From an uncultured delta proteobacterium (GTDB lineage: Bacteria > Desulfobacterota > WTBG01 > CAIYCZ01): DNA of 64,000 bases. The stretch covers positions 32,001 through 96,000 of the forward strand of contig CAWDOY010000016.1 in the NCBI GenBank assembly GCA_963803975.1, in the 5' to 3' direction. Shown here piece after piece: positions 54,770 through 64,000 of this stretch (position 1 is its first letter; every line of letters starts with the position of its first letter). A program made the translations under genes and the position numbers. The notes beneath the pieces were generated by a model. That model saw only the letters and a list, made by a program, of their open reading frames with translations, searched no databases and was not told the DNA's origin.

Positions 54770-55468
54770 TCATATCTGTGTTTTCCAGCGGTACCGCGGC
54801 AGATCGAACCTGTCGGTGACCATCTCACGGACCCGCGCCTGCTGCTCTTCGATAGGTAACGTGCCGTCCATGGTGACAAACTCAAACTCCTCTGCCACGG
54901 CAAGGTACTCCTGGTATATCTTTCCCTGAAACAGGCGAAAACTTTCGTAGGGGTCCGCAGACAGGCCCAGGTCCATCCCCGCTTCGAAATATTTAAGCTG
55001 GGGCCTGCCGGAAAGAATCCGGTTAAGGGAAACCTCAAGCGGGGTGTTGAAAAAAAAGGTAAGGTCGGGACGGCGGGCAAAGCCATAGAGGTTGCGCAGC
55101 CATTGCCGGGAGCAGCCCCGGACCGCATCCCGCGCAAAGGCGGTATAGATGTAGCGGTCGCAGAGGACCAGATAACCAGCTTTCAGAAGGGGAAGCAGCT
55201 GGCGCTCGTAGCGGTCGGCAAAATCAGTGCAGTGAATGAGACTGAACGTTGTGGGTGTAAGGAGCTGCCTTTTTTTGCCCTTGCTGGTTGCCTTCTTGAC
55301 AATGACCGAGGAGTTCCACTCGCTGAAGAAAACTTTGAGCCCCCGCATCTCAAGCCAGCGTTTCAGCAGGTACACCTGGGTCGACTTGCCGGAACCGTCA
55401 AGCCCTTCAACCGCAATCAATTTACCAAGGGGCTCTTCGCTGACGCTCTTTTTTTTCCTATCAAGCAT
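54770..55468 (-). CDS. Thymidylate-kinase-like protein 1
   Basis: EGLDGSGKST, DRYIYT, PDLTF. Confidence 0.88.
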   Translation of the reverse strand: MLDRKKKSVSEEPLGKLIAVEGLDGSGKSTQVYLLKRWLEMRGLKVFFSEWNSSVIVKKATSKGKKRQLLTPTTFSLIHCTDFADRYERQLLPLLKAGYLVLCDRYIYTAFARDAVRGCSRQWLRNLYGFARRPDLTFFFNTPLEVSLNRILSGRPQLKYFEAGMDLGLSADPYESFRLFQGKIYQEYLAVAEEFEFVTMDGTLPIEEQQARVREMVTDRFDLPRYRWKTQI

Positions 55469-55988
55469 AGATCCTCTTGAGCGATTTGCGGGCCTTTTTC
55501 AGACTGCTGCTCATTGCATCGGCTCCCGTATCTGCAGTAAGCCCGGAAAGGCGCTGCCCGGCCTTTGCCAGCCCCTTGCCGGCCCGCTTTACGCGCTTCT
55601 CCATCTTGGCCTCAGCTTTCTCTAAGGCGGTAACCGTCTTAAGAAGTTCTGCTGCAACCTTCTTTCCGCTTTTGCCCTGCAGGTCTTCGCCGACCCGCTT
55701 CTTGCAAGCCCTGCCGAGTCCATCCACCTGCTCCCTGATCGCTGCTGCCGCGGACTTGAGCCCTGCAATCTGCCGGGCGCGCTCAGCGCTTTTTTCCGCT
55801 GTCATCGCGGCCGCCTGCCTGATAATGGACGGGATGGTCTGCGGGTTTATTCCCTGGATGCTTTTCAAGCCCGCTTCTTCTGCCGCGGCAATCCGGTCAA
55901 AGCTATCATAACCAGCCTTGATAAAACGCTTTGCCAGTATTTCCCCGACACCCTTAATCTGCTGCAGTTCTTTCATGATCTTCTTCAT
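55461..55988 (-). CDS. Helix-hairpin-helix protein with Lys/Ala-rich tail
   Basis: LQQIKGVG...LKSIQGI; basic helical C-terminus. Confidence 0.75.
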   Translation of the reverse strand: MKKIMKELQQIKGVGEILAKRFIKAGYDSFDRIAAAEEAGLKSIQGINPQTIPSIIRQAAAMTAEKSAERARQIAGLKSAAAAIREQVDGLGRACKKRVGEDLQGKSGKKVAAELLKTVTALEKAEAKMEKRVKRAGKGLAKAGQRLSGLTADTGADAMSSSLKKARKSLKRIYA

Positions 55989-56241
55989 GGTTGCCCCTTC
56001 AAATGATTTTAATAAACAGCATAAGCACTATATATCTCTCGCCTCACCCCAGATACGGTGAGCTAAACCCGTCAGCAAAACCTGACACCGATTATATACG
56101 GCGAGTTTCTGGCAATCTTTCCAGAAGGCGCGCTCCTGGGAATCGCTTCGCTTATCTATCCTGTATCTACCAATTAATGCACGGGGCAAATTTGCTGCCG
56201 GCCTTCACCGCATGCGCCCTGCTGTATCCGCCGTTATACCG

Positions 56242-57867
56242 CTAATTAATCTCAACCTGGTAGCCGTAAACTTCATTAAAAAGATCCCTTTTTGGCATCA
56301 GCGCCCATCGATAGAAGGAGCGCTCTTTAGCAGGCGGAAGGTTGAGTATTATGCGATTGCCCCGTGTTTTTATTGAGAGGGGCATTTTTTGTGCGGCATG
56401 GTCCCTGTCGAGTGCATCCGCCACCCGTACTATTGCAGCAAGCTTAAGGATGATTTTTTTCTCTTTAGAGTCCATATTCTGGAAATTTTCATGCTGTCCC
56501 TTGGGAAAGGATTTCCGGTGGTAGCGGGCGATGTTGGCTGCAATCAGCTTATCCCGCGCTGAGAGGCCGACAATATCTGATTCAGAAATAAGGTAATAGG
56601 AATGTTTGTGGTGGCGGGAAATGCTGACAAAATAGCCGATATCGTGGAGCAACGAAGCGATTTCCAGCAGCAAACGCTCTTTCTCGCCCAGGCGGTGAAT
56701 ATCCTGCATTGCGTCGAAGAGCTCCAGCGCGTAAGCAGTAACCGTGGTTGCATGGTTTCGGTCAAATTCGTATTTTTCCCCGACCGCCATGACGGCGCTG
56801 ATTAACTGCTGGTATTTTTTAAGCTTATGTACCGGCTCTTCTTTTCTGAAAAGCTCAATGGCGAGTCCGTCTCTCACCCCAACGCCCGGGGTATAAATCC
56901 ACTCTGCCTGAGCCATCCGGGCAAAGCTTAAATAAACCTGGGCTGCAGGCAGTATCACATCCGCCCGGTCCGGTCGCAGGCGGAATTTTTCCACCCTCTC
57001 GTTAAAGCTGTACAGCGCCAGCTCGCGTATGACCCTGGCCAGGGTCTCGCAGGAGATGCGCTGGAAGCCGGTGCTGTTATCAACAATACCCCAGTCGGTC
57101 TGCTCAAGCAGCCACACCACGCTGTCAATATTACCTCCGGTCGCAATAAAGCGGTCGATTTTTTTCGTGCCCAGGCTGTGGCGGAGGCGATTGTGGGTGA
57201 GGTTGATATATTCCTGAATGATGCCGTTGAATTTTTCCTGGCTGTCATGGCAGTGGTTTTGAAGCTGAATCAAGCGGACTGCGCCGAGCTTGTGGGTAAG
57301 CGAAAACTGAACCTTGCCGTCCTCAATCAGGCTCACCTCAACGCTGCCGCCCCCCACCTCAATGTGTTCGACATTCAGTCCGGCCAGCTCCATGCGGTCA
57401 AGGATAGCAGTGATTATCAGGCGCGCTTCCTCGCTGCTGTCTATAATCTGAACATCAATGCCGGTTTCCTGGACCGCGCGCTCAATGAAAGCAGCTCCGT
57501 TTGATGCCTCCCGGACGGCACTGGTAGCAACTGCAGCGACTTTAGAAACTGCGGCGCGGTCGATGAGCTGACGGAATTCCTTCATGGCTTTGAGTGCGTC
57601 TTCGAAGCTCTGGCTGAGGATTTTACCGTTATGGAAAACATCATGGCCCAGGCGGATCGGCTTGCGCAATGTTTCAATCGTCTGTATCGCGCCCTGTGCA
57701 TCCTGCTCGAAAATATGCATGCGCAGAGCATTTGAACCAATATCTATTGCAGCGACTCTGCTGTGCAGGTTGTTTTCCACGGCGCACCTGTTTTCTGAAT
57801 ACGCGGCGTGCGGGGATCGTGCGTTCTCACCGGCGTCCGCGCGCAGGATGGTATTCGTAAGCATCAA
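56242..57867 (-). CDS. ppx: Ppx/GppA exopolyphosphatase with HD domain
   Basis: IDIGSN, ATSAVREA.N, EEA, VGGGSVE, LLHDIG, ARYHRK. Confidence 0.92.
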   Translation of the reverse strand: MMLTNTILRADAGENARSPHAAYSENRCAVENNLHSRVAAIDIGSNALRMHIFEQDAQGAIQTIETLRKPIRLGHDVFHNGKILSQSFEDALKAMKEFRQLIDRAAVSKVAAVATSAVREASNGAAFIERAVQETGIDVQIIDSSEEARLIITAILDRMELAGLNVEHIEVGGGSVEVSLIEDGKVQFSLTHKLGAVRLIQLQNHCHDSQEKFNGIIQEYINLTHNRLRHSLGTKKIDRFIATGGNIDSVVWLLEQTDWGIVDNSTGFQRISCETLARVIRELALYSFNERVEKFRLRPDRADVILPAAQVYLSFARMAQAEWIYTPGVGVRDGLAIELFRKEEPVHKLKKYQQLISAVMAVGEKYEFDRNHATTVTAYALELFDAMQDIHRLGEKERLLLEIASLLHDIGYFVSISRHHKHSYYLISESDIVGLSARDKLIAANIARYHRKSFPKGQHENFQNMDSKEKKIILKLAAIVRVADALDRDHAAQKMPLSIKTRGNRIILNLPPAKERSFYRWALMPKRDLFNEVYGYQVEIN

Positions 57868-58529
57868 TTCAGTCCCTCAAGGTTGTGATGCTTTATTATT
57901 TTCCCCTCAACCATAAATATCACTTCCTCGCAAAGGTTGGTGGATAAATCAGCGATCCGTTCAAGGTTTCTGGCAATACGCATCAGGTCAAGACATCGCG
58001 GAATATTAGCGGGGTCAGCCCGCATCAGCTCGATGAGTTCCTGAAATGTTTTATCGCGCAGGCTGTCTATTATGTCGTCCCGCTCGCACACTAAATTAGC
58101 CAGGGCCTGATCTTCATTAATAAATGCCGTGATACTATCTGTCACCATCTGTGCCGCCACTGAAGCCATTTCCGGTATATCAATCAAGGGCTTAACAGCC
58201 GGAGTCTCCAGCAGGCGAAGGCTGCTTTGAGAGATGTTTACCGTATGATCTGCCATCCGCTCCAGGTCTTCGTTCATCTTGAAAACCATGAGAATGGTCC
58301 TCAAGTCCTTGGCCATGGGCTGGTACTGGGCAATGAGCGACGTGCACAGTTCATCAAGCCGTATGTCCAGGTCATTGGCTTTTGGCTCGTCTATTTGTAT
58401 GACCGAGTCAAGCAGCTCCCGGTCCCGTTTTACCAGTCCATTGATACTGCTGCTAATCATGTGCTCTACCAGCGTGGCAAGCTCTACGAGGACCTTTCTT
58501 AATTCACTAAGCCTTTCATCCAGTACCAT
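57864..58529 (-). CDS. phoU: Phosphate signalling protein PhoU
   Basis: QPMAKDLR, DLERMADH, LERIAD..TN.CE. Confidence 0.95.
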   Translation of the reverse strand: MVLDERLSELRKVLVELATLVEHMISSSINGLVKRDRELLDSVIQIDEPKANDLDIRLDELCTSLIAQYQPMAKDLRTILMVFKMNEDLERMADHTVNISQSSLRLLETPAVKPLIDIPEMASVAAQMVTDSITAFINEDQALANLVCERDDIIDSLRDKTFQELIELMRADPANIPRCLDLMRIARNLERIADLSTNLCEEVIFMVEGKIIKHHNLEGLN

Positions 58530-58679
58530 GATGGTTTCCTCTATAACGATGTATTTATTCTATATTTAGATAGCACAAAAATAGTCACAAAGCATGCAAG
58601 GTATTGCGCAGTGTGCTCTGTGGTTTGCATCTTAGCCCTACGATTCATAAATTCGATGTCGAATTTACTCACTCAGGAC

Positions 58680-59439
58680 TTAGCCAAACTTCCCGCTCAG
58701 ATATTCCTCGGTGCGCTTGTCTTCAGGTACGGTGAACAGCTTTTGCGTGGGTCCGAATTCAATCAGATCGCCCAGATAGATGAATGCCGTAAAATCCGAG
58801 GTGCGGGCTGCCTGAGCGATATTGTGAGTAACCAGGATGATCGTCACCGTCTCTTTGAGCTCAATCATTAATTCTTCTATATGTGCTGTTGATTTCGGGT
58901 CAAGGGCCGAAGTCGGCTCATCGAGCAGCATGATTTCCGGCTTCATGGCAAGGGCCCGGGCAATGCAGAGCCGCTGCTGCTGGCCGCCGGAGAGAAAGGT
59001 CCCCTTTCTTGTACAGGCTGTCCTTCACTTCGTTCCACAGGGCGGCTTTGCGCAGCGATTCCTCAACAATGCGGTCAAGCTCGGCCGCAGCTATTTTAAT
59101 TCCGTTCAGCTTGTAGCCGGCAACGACATTATCATAAATATTCATGGTAGGGAAGGGATTGGGCCGCTGAAAGACCATGCCGATTTTGCGCCGGGCAAGA
59201 ATCGGATTCAACGCATAAATATCTTCATTTTGCAGCAGCATCCTGCCGGATACGGTGGCATTGGGTATGAGTTCATGCATGCGGTTAATGCACCGGACCA
59301 GGGTTGTTTTGCCGCATCCCGAAGGGCCCATCATGGCGGTCAGTTTATTCCGGGTAATTTCCAGCGAGATGTTTTTCAGGATTTGATTGTCCCCGAAATA
59401 GGCACAGAAATTTTCAGTTTTTAAAACTGGACTTTCCAT
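58680..59439 (-). CDS. pstB: Phosphate ABC transporter ATPase, frameshift near 59000
   Basis: [40 protein letters not shown]. Confidence 0.93.
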
Positions 59440-60269
59440 TTTTTTATCATCACCTTTGCAAACGCGTTAAGCAGCAGCACAAAGACCCCCAGCACCAGGG
59501 AGGCACCCCATGCGATGGCGTGCCATTCAGGATACGGGCTTGCCGCGTAATTGAAGACCAGCAGGGGCAGAGAATTTACCGGCTTAAGCAGATTGAGATT
59601 CATAAAAGGATTGCCGAACGCGGTAAATAATAATGGCGCGGTCTCACCCGCAACCCGCGCAATGCTCAGGATAACGCCGGACACCACGCCGCTCAGCCCT
59701 GCCGGCAGCACAACTTTAAGAATTGTTTTGTAATAGGGCACCCCCAGTGACAGGGATGCTTCTTTCAGGGAGTCAGGAATAAGCTTCAACGTTTCTTCGG
59801 CTGACCGGACAATGACCGGCAGCATCATTATGGCCAGAGCAATACCGCCGGAAACCGCGGAAAAGGTCCTGAGCGGCATCACGATCCATACATAGGCGAT
59901 AATGCCGATGACAATGGACGGGATGCCCTGCAGTATCTCAACGCAGAGCCTCACCAGGTAGGAAAGCCTGCCCTCCTTATGTTCAGAAAGATAAATTCCC
60001 GCGCATATCCCCAGGGGGATAGCTAGCACGCAGGAAACGCCCAGCAGCATACCGGTTCCCACAATGGCGTTGGAGATGCCGCCCCCGGTCTCCCCGACGG
60101 GCTTGGGGAGGTTAGTGAGAAACTGCCAGTTAATGACGGCGATGCCGTTTTTAAAAATATAAAACAGTATAAACAGAAGCGGCAGCGCCGAGCTGAACGA
60201 AAAAAGGATCACGGCTGCTTTAAACAGACGGTCTTTATAGAGCCTGAAACGAAACCGGTCCTGCTGCAT
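59421..60269 (-). CDS. pstA: Phosphate ABC permease PstA
   Basis: GGISNAIVGT, GIPSIVIG, ARVAGETAPLLFT. Confidence 0.95.
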   Translation of the reverse strand: MQQDRFRFRLYKDRLFKAAVILFSFSSALPLLFILFYIFKNGIAVINWQFLTNLPKPVGETGGGISNAIVGTGMLLGVSCVLAIPLGICAGIYLSEHKEGRLSYLVRLCVEILQGIPSIVIGIIAYVWIVMPLRTFSAVSGGIALAIMMLPVIVRSAEETLKLIPDSLKEASLSLGVPYYKTILKVVLPAGLSGVVSGVILSIARVAGETAPLLFTAFGNPFMNLNLLKPVNSLPLLVFNYAASPYPEWHAIAWGASLVLGVFVLLLNAFAKVMIKKWKVQF

Positions 60270-60270
60270 A

Positions 60271-61242
60271 TTAAACCTGCACGCTCATCTTTTTTATGAT
60301 CTGTTTACCGATAATATTTATGACCAGGGTGACCATGAAAAGCAACAGCCCGATCTCGACTAAAGAAGATAAGTATAGAGTGCTCGTTGCCTCGGTAAAT
60401 TCATTGGCAATAACGCTTGCCATGGTATTGGCCGGCGCAAAGATGCTGCCGGGGGATGAAATTTGAGTTGCCGATGACCATGGTAACCGCCATGGTCTCG
60501 CCGATTGCCCTGCCCAGGGCGAGGATGTTACCGGCGGTTATTCCTGAAACCACGTAGGGGAGAATAACTCTGCGTATGACCTCAAACCGCGTGGCACCAA
60601 GCGAATAGGCTGCTTCCTTAAGCTCGGTGGGAACAAGCCGTATCACCTCTCTGCCCAGCGATGCGGAATAGGGGATAATCATGATGGCGAGGATGAGGGA
60701 CGACGTCAACATACCAACCCCATAGGGTGTAACGCCAAGCTTTATTTCAATATACCGTACTATAGGCACCATGATGAAGAGCCCCCAGAACCCGTAAATG
60801 ACCGACGGTATCCCTGCCAGCAGCTCGACCGCGCTGCGCAGCATTGAGGAAAGAAAGTCCTCCGCAGCATATTCCCCCAGATAGATAGAGAGTGACAGGG
60901 AAAAGGGCAGGGATATTAGCCAGGGCCATGAAAGAAGTAATAAGCGGTTCCGACCAGGAACGGCAACGCGCCGAACTCTTCGGTCACGGGGTTCCATGTT
61001 TTCGATAATAAAAATTTTAAGCCGAATGCTTTAATAGCGGGGAACGATTCTATGACAAGCGTAAGCAAAATGCCGGCGAGGAGCAGGACCATGCATAGTG
61101 CTGAACCATAGAGTATTGCGCGGAAAATAGATTCAGGCGTGTTAAACGGATCAAACTGCCACTGTTTCGTTTTTTCCTTGTGTTTTGCAGCATCGAGAAA
61201 ATCAGCCACTGATATTGCCCCTGTATTGCTTTCAGTCTCCAT
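60271..61242 (-). CDS. pstC: Phosphate ABC permease PstC, frameshifted
   Basis: WNP...FGALP, ELLAGIPSVIYG.WG, RAIGETMAVTMVIGN, then IANEF.EA in another frame. Confidence 0.9.
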
Positions 61243-61263
61243 GCACACCTTCTTCTATACCAT

Positions 61264-61302
61264 AAAAAAGCAGGGAGGGTAGAAACACTATCTACCCTCC
61301 CT
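61264..61302 (-). terminator. Hairpin/terminator between pstS and pstC
   Basis: AGGGAGGGTAGA / TCTACCCTCCCT 12-bp stem, T6 follows on the minus strand. Confidence 0.8.
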
Positions 61303-61314
61303 CTTCGATTACCG

Positions 61315-62371
61315 TTACTGTTTCAGCAGGGGCGCACCATTGTAAACAACCGATCGTAAAATCTTTTCCCCCTTGGTTATCGCGCTATTCGGGATAGGGG
61401 CGTACTTCATCGGTTCAGCAATCTGCTGTCCTTCATGGAGCATCCACCACAACAGCTTTACCAGTTCTTCCGCCCGTTCTTTGCTTCGATCAGAAGAATA
61501 ATTCTGCTCTTTATAGAGTATCAGCCAGGTAAAGCCGCTTATGGGATAGCCGTCTGCCGCATCGGTATCAGTGAGCGAAACCCGGGTATCATCCGGCATA
61601 TCAATATTGGCGGCGGCGCTGGTCGACTTGATGTTCGGCTCAATGAAATTTCCCGCCTTATTCTTAATGATGCCCGCCGGCATATTGTTCTGCATGGTAT
61701 AGATTAATTCCACGTAGCCGATCGCACCGGGAGTCTGATTGATGAGGCCGGCCACGCCGGGATTGCCTTTTGCGCCGAGCCCTACTGGCCAGTTGAGGGA
61801 TTTATCAGTGCCCACTTTAAATGCCCAGTCCTTGCTCACCTTGCTCAGGTAGTCGCTGAAGATGAACGTGGTGCCGCTGCCGTCTGAGCGGTGCACAACG
61901 ACGATACTCATGCCGGGAAGCTTGACCGTCAGGGTTTATTGCCGCAATCCGGGGATCATCCCAGCGGGTAATTTTCCCGAGAAAAATATCCGCTATCACG
62001 TCCGGGGTGAATCGTAACTGCGGCTTTTCCGGCAGATTATAGGTAACCACCACAGCGCCGAGGCAGGTCGGGATATGCAGGATAGGGACTTCGGCCTTTT
62101 TCATTTCCCGTTCATTCAAGAAGGCATCGGTGCCGCCAAAATCAACGGTCTTGCTGATAAGCTGCTGGATCCCGCCGCCGGAGCCAATGGCCTGGTAGTT
62201 TATTTTTACTTTATGTGCCTGGTAATAGGTATCAAACATCTTTGAATACAGCGGATAGGGAAACGTTGCTCCCGCTCCCAGCAGCTCCTTGGACTCTGCG
62301 CGGACAGGGCAGGGGGAATAGACCAGCATCATCAGCAGTGCTAACACTGCGCAGCATAATAGTTTTTTCAT
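61315..62371 (-). CDS. pstS: Phosphate-binding protein PstS, frameshift near 61920
   Basis: GAGATFPYP, GSGGG; HRSDGSGTT, GAIGYVE, YPIS.FTW. Confidence 0.93.
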
Positions 62372-62408
62372 TTCGTGTCTCCTTTGTCTGTTGGTTGACA
62401 TTCGCTCT

Positions 62409-63672
62409 TTAAAACTTGAAGTTTAAATCTGTCTGCAGCAGGTGTTCCGGACGCGCCGGGCCGTGGATCTGCTCTGAGTAGAAATAGTTGAGCGTAAAGT
62501 TCACATTCTTTTTCAGGCCGTAAACAAAGCTCCCGTGCGGTCCCCTGGCGTCGGTTGCGCCCTCATAAAAGTCAGAATCAGGCAGAATATCAAGCACTGA
62601 GTCGCGCTCCAGGCGGCGGTAGTCAACGCTGAACTGCCACTGTTTGGGGTCCTTTACCTTTTCATCCCCGAAGTTAAACCCCACCAGAAATGCCTGGTTG
62701 TTATCTGACGGGTCAGGGTTGTTCACATACTCGCCGAACAGGCTTGCGTAACGCACCAGACCGAATGGCTCCTTGAAGCCCAGCTGGAATGTTGATGTAA
62801 AGGCGTCAAAATCATATTTGTACACGTCTTTCCCGGTCGTTTTGTTTTTCACCCGGGTATTTGATCCTGAAGAATATTTCAGCTCGGCACCCTCTACATT
62901 ATCAATTCCGTAATAGCCGAAAGCCCATTTCAGGCTGGTCCCGTAGTTGATTTTCCAGTCAAATCCCGGCTGAATAATCCACATGAACGGGTCTGAGGTA
63001 TCCTGGGCATTTTCCTCAAGCACCATCACCCCGACGTTTGTGAACAGACCGAAATTCCTGTTCAAATTATAGGTAAATTCTCCGGCGCCGCCTTCAGGCG
63101 TGATGTCGGAATCCCAGATCAGCTGCGACACGGTGAACAGCGGATTGCGGAACTTGCCGCCGATCAGCTTGATCCCGATATCCTTATTATTAAAGCACCG
63201 TTTGGGCGTATATTCAATATTGGCATAGTCAACATTGATGTCCTTCTTTTCATTGCTGCCGCCGAAAGTCTGGTTGGTTGACCGGGGGTCACCGGTGCCG
63301 GTGGCCAGGCCGAACATGAATTTCAGGTCATCAGCCACCTGGGTTTCTATGCCGAGCCGGACCCTGAAGCGTCCCCGGTGACGCTCATCCTGCTCGTCCC
63401 GGTCGGTCCACTGGTAGCGCAGGCGGAAGTCGCCCGTCAATTTTGTCTTCTGCACCCACTCGGGCAAAACCGGCGAAAACTTGCCTTCCTTGGTCTGCTT
63501 GGTAACTTCTTCCTTGGTCTCGCGCAGTATTTTATCTCCTTCAGCCGGCGACAGTATTCCCTTTTCAACCAGCTTTTCCACGAGAACATCAACCTCACCC
63601 GCGCGCGCCGCGGCTGCTGTGCCGAGCACCAGCGCTGTAACTATGTATAAAATGATTAGATATTTTTTTCAT
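62409..63672 (-). CDS. Putative outer-membrane porin (phosphate-cluster associated)
   Basis: LVEKGIL, GDFRLRY, R.RVRLG, STNQT, C-terminal Phe; RBS-preceded ATG 63672 is shifted by an A7 run. Confidence 0.8.
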
Positions 63673-63743
63673 ATCACAATACTCCTTGTTTAAGGGTTTC
63701 GCATACAGAGAACTACGAGCAGCCTCCTTGGATTCATTATTGT

Positions 63744-64000
63744 TTAGGCAGGTTTAGGCGGTGTATATTTTGTCAGCTCTACCAGCATGGTGAATGGCGC
63801 AGGGAATACAAAATCACCCGGATTCTCTACCCCCGTCACCAGCACCCCTACCGTGACAAACCCAAAGCTTGAGTTGATATCAACTTTCCGCACAATCTTC
63901 AGCGGCGAGGCTTTGCTGTCAACGATTGCCTTAGGGGCCTGCGGGGTTGTGGTATTAAGCGCATAGGAGGCGCCGATCATCAGAAAGTCCAATTTAAACA
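63744..64000 (-). CDS. C-terminal part of a hypothetical protein running off the window
   Basis: Open frame to the window edge, same strand as the cluster. Confidence 0.4.
   Translation of the reverse strand, partial: FKLDFLMIGASYALNTTTPQAPKAIVDSKASPLKIVRKVDINSSFGFVTVGVLVTGVENPGDFVFPAPFTMLVELTKYTPPKPA

Noticed and set aside
55989..56241. Small hairpins between ppx and the HhH gene as ncRNA
   Set aside because: Stems are short and no family motif was recognised; the + strand 84-aa ORF has no support either.
58680..62371. Programmed frameshifting in pst genes
   Set aside because: No consistent slippery site or stimulator, and similar indels hit unrelated genes.

Overview
Bacterial chromosomal window, probably from a Desulfobacterota/deltaproteobacterium-like organism (inferred from gene order and protein style, not from a search). 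1-22 kb: 3' end of rpoC and the str-S10-spc-alpha ribosomal superoperon (rpsL to rplQ). 22-33 kb: sirtuin and an AT-richer czcCBA-type heavy-metal efflux block with a P-II-like protein and a porin. 33-47 kb: small redox, sulfur and Fe-S genes, an FrhB-like protein, an MFS transporter, an MgtE-N/CorA fusion, ubiE and a toxin-antitoxin islet bounded by direct repeats. 47-64 kb: ruvX, a phosphodiesterase, TerC and a minus-strand phosphate/polyphosphate cluster (porin, pstSCAB, phoU, ppx, HhH protein, two thymidylate-kinase-like genes, HD protein, CYTH-CHAD). Best leads: (1) an MgtL-like 17-codon leader peptide with a terminator/antiterminator switch ahead of the MgtE-CorA fusion; (2) two in-frame UGA codons followed by SECIS-like hairpins (candidate selenoproteins); (3) the tandem TMK-like pair as a candidate polyphosphate-linked kinase; (4) a three-copy ~152 bp MITE-like element. 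Many genes after 22 kb carry 1-bp frameshifts that look like long-read consensus errors, which limits confidence in fine-scale calls. No rRNA, tRNA or CRISPR array was seen.
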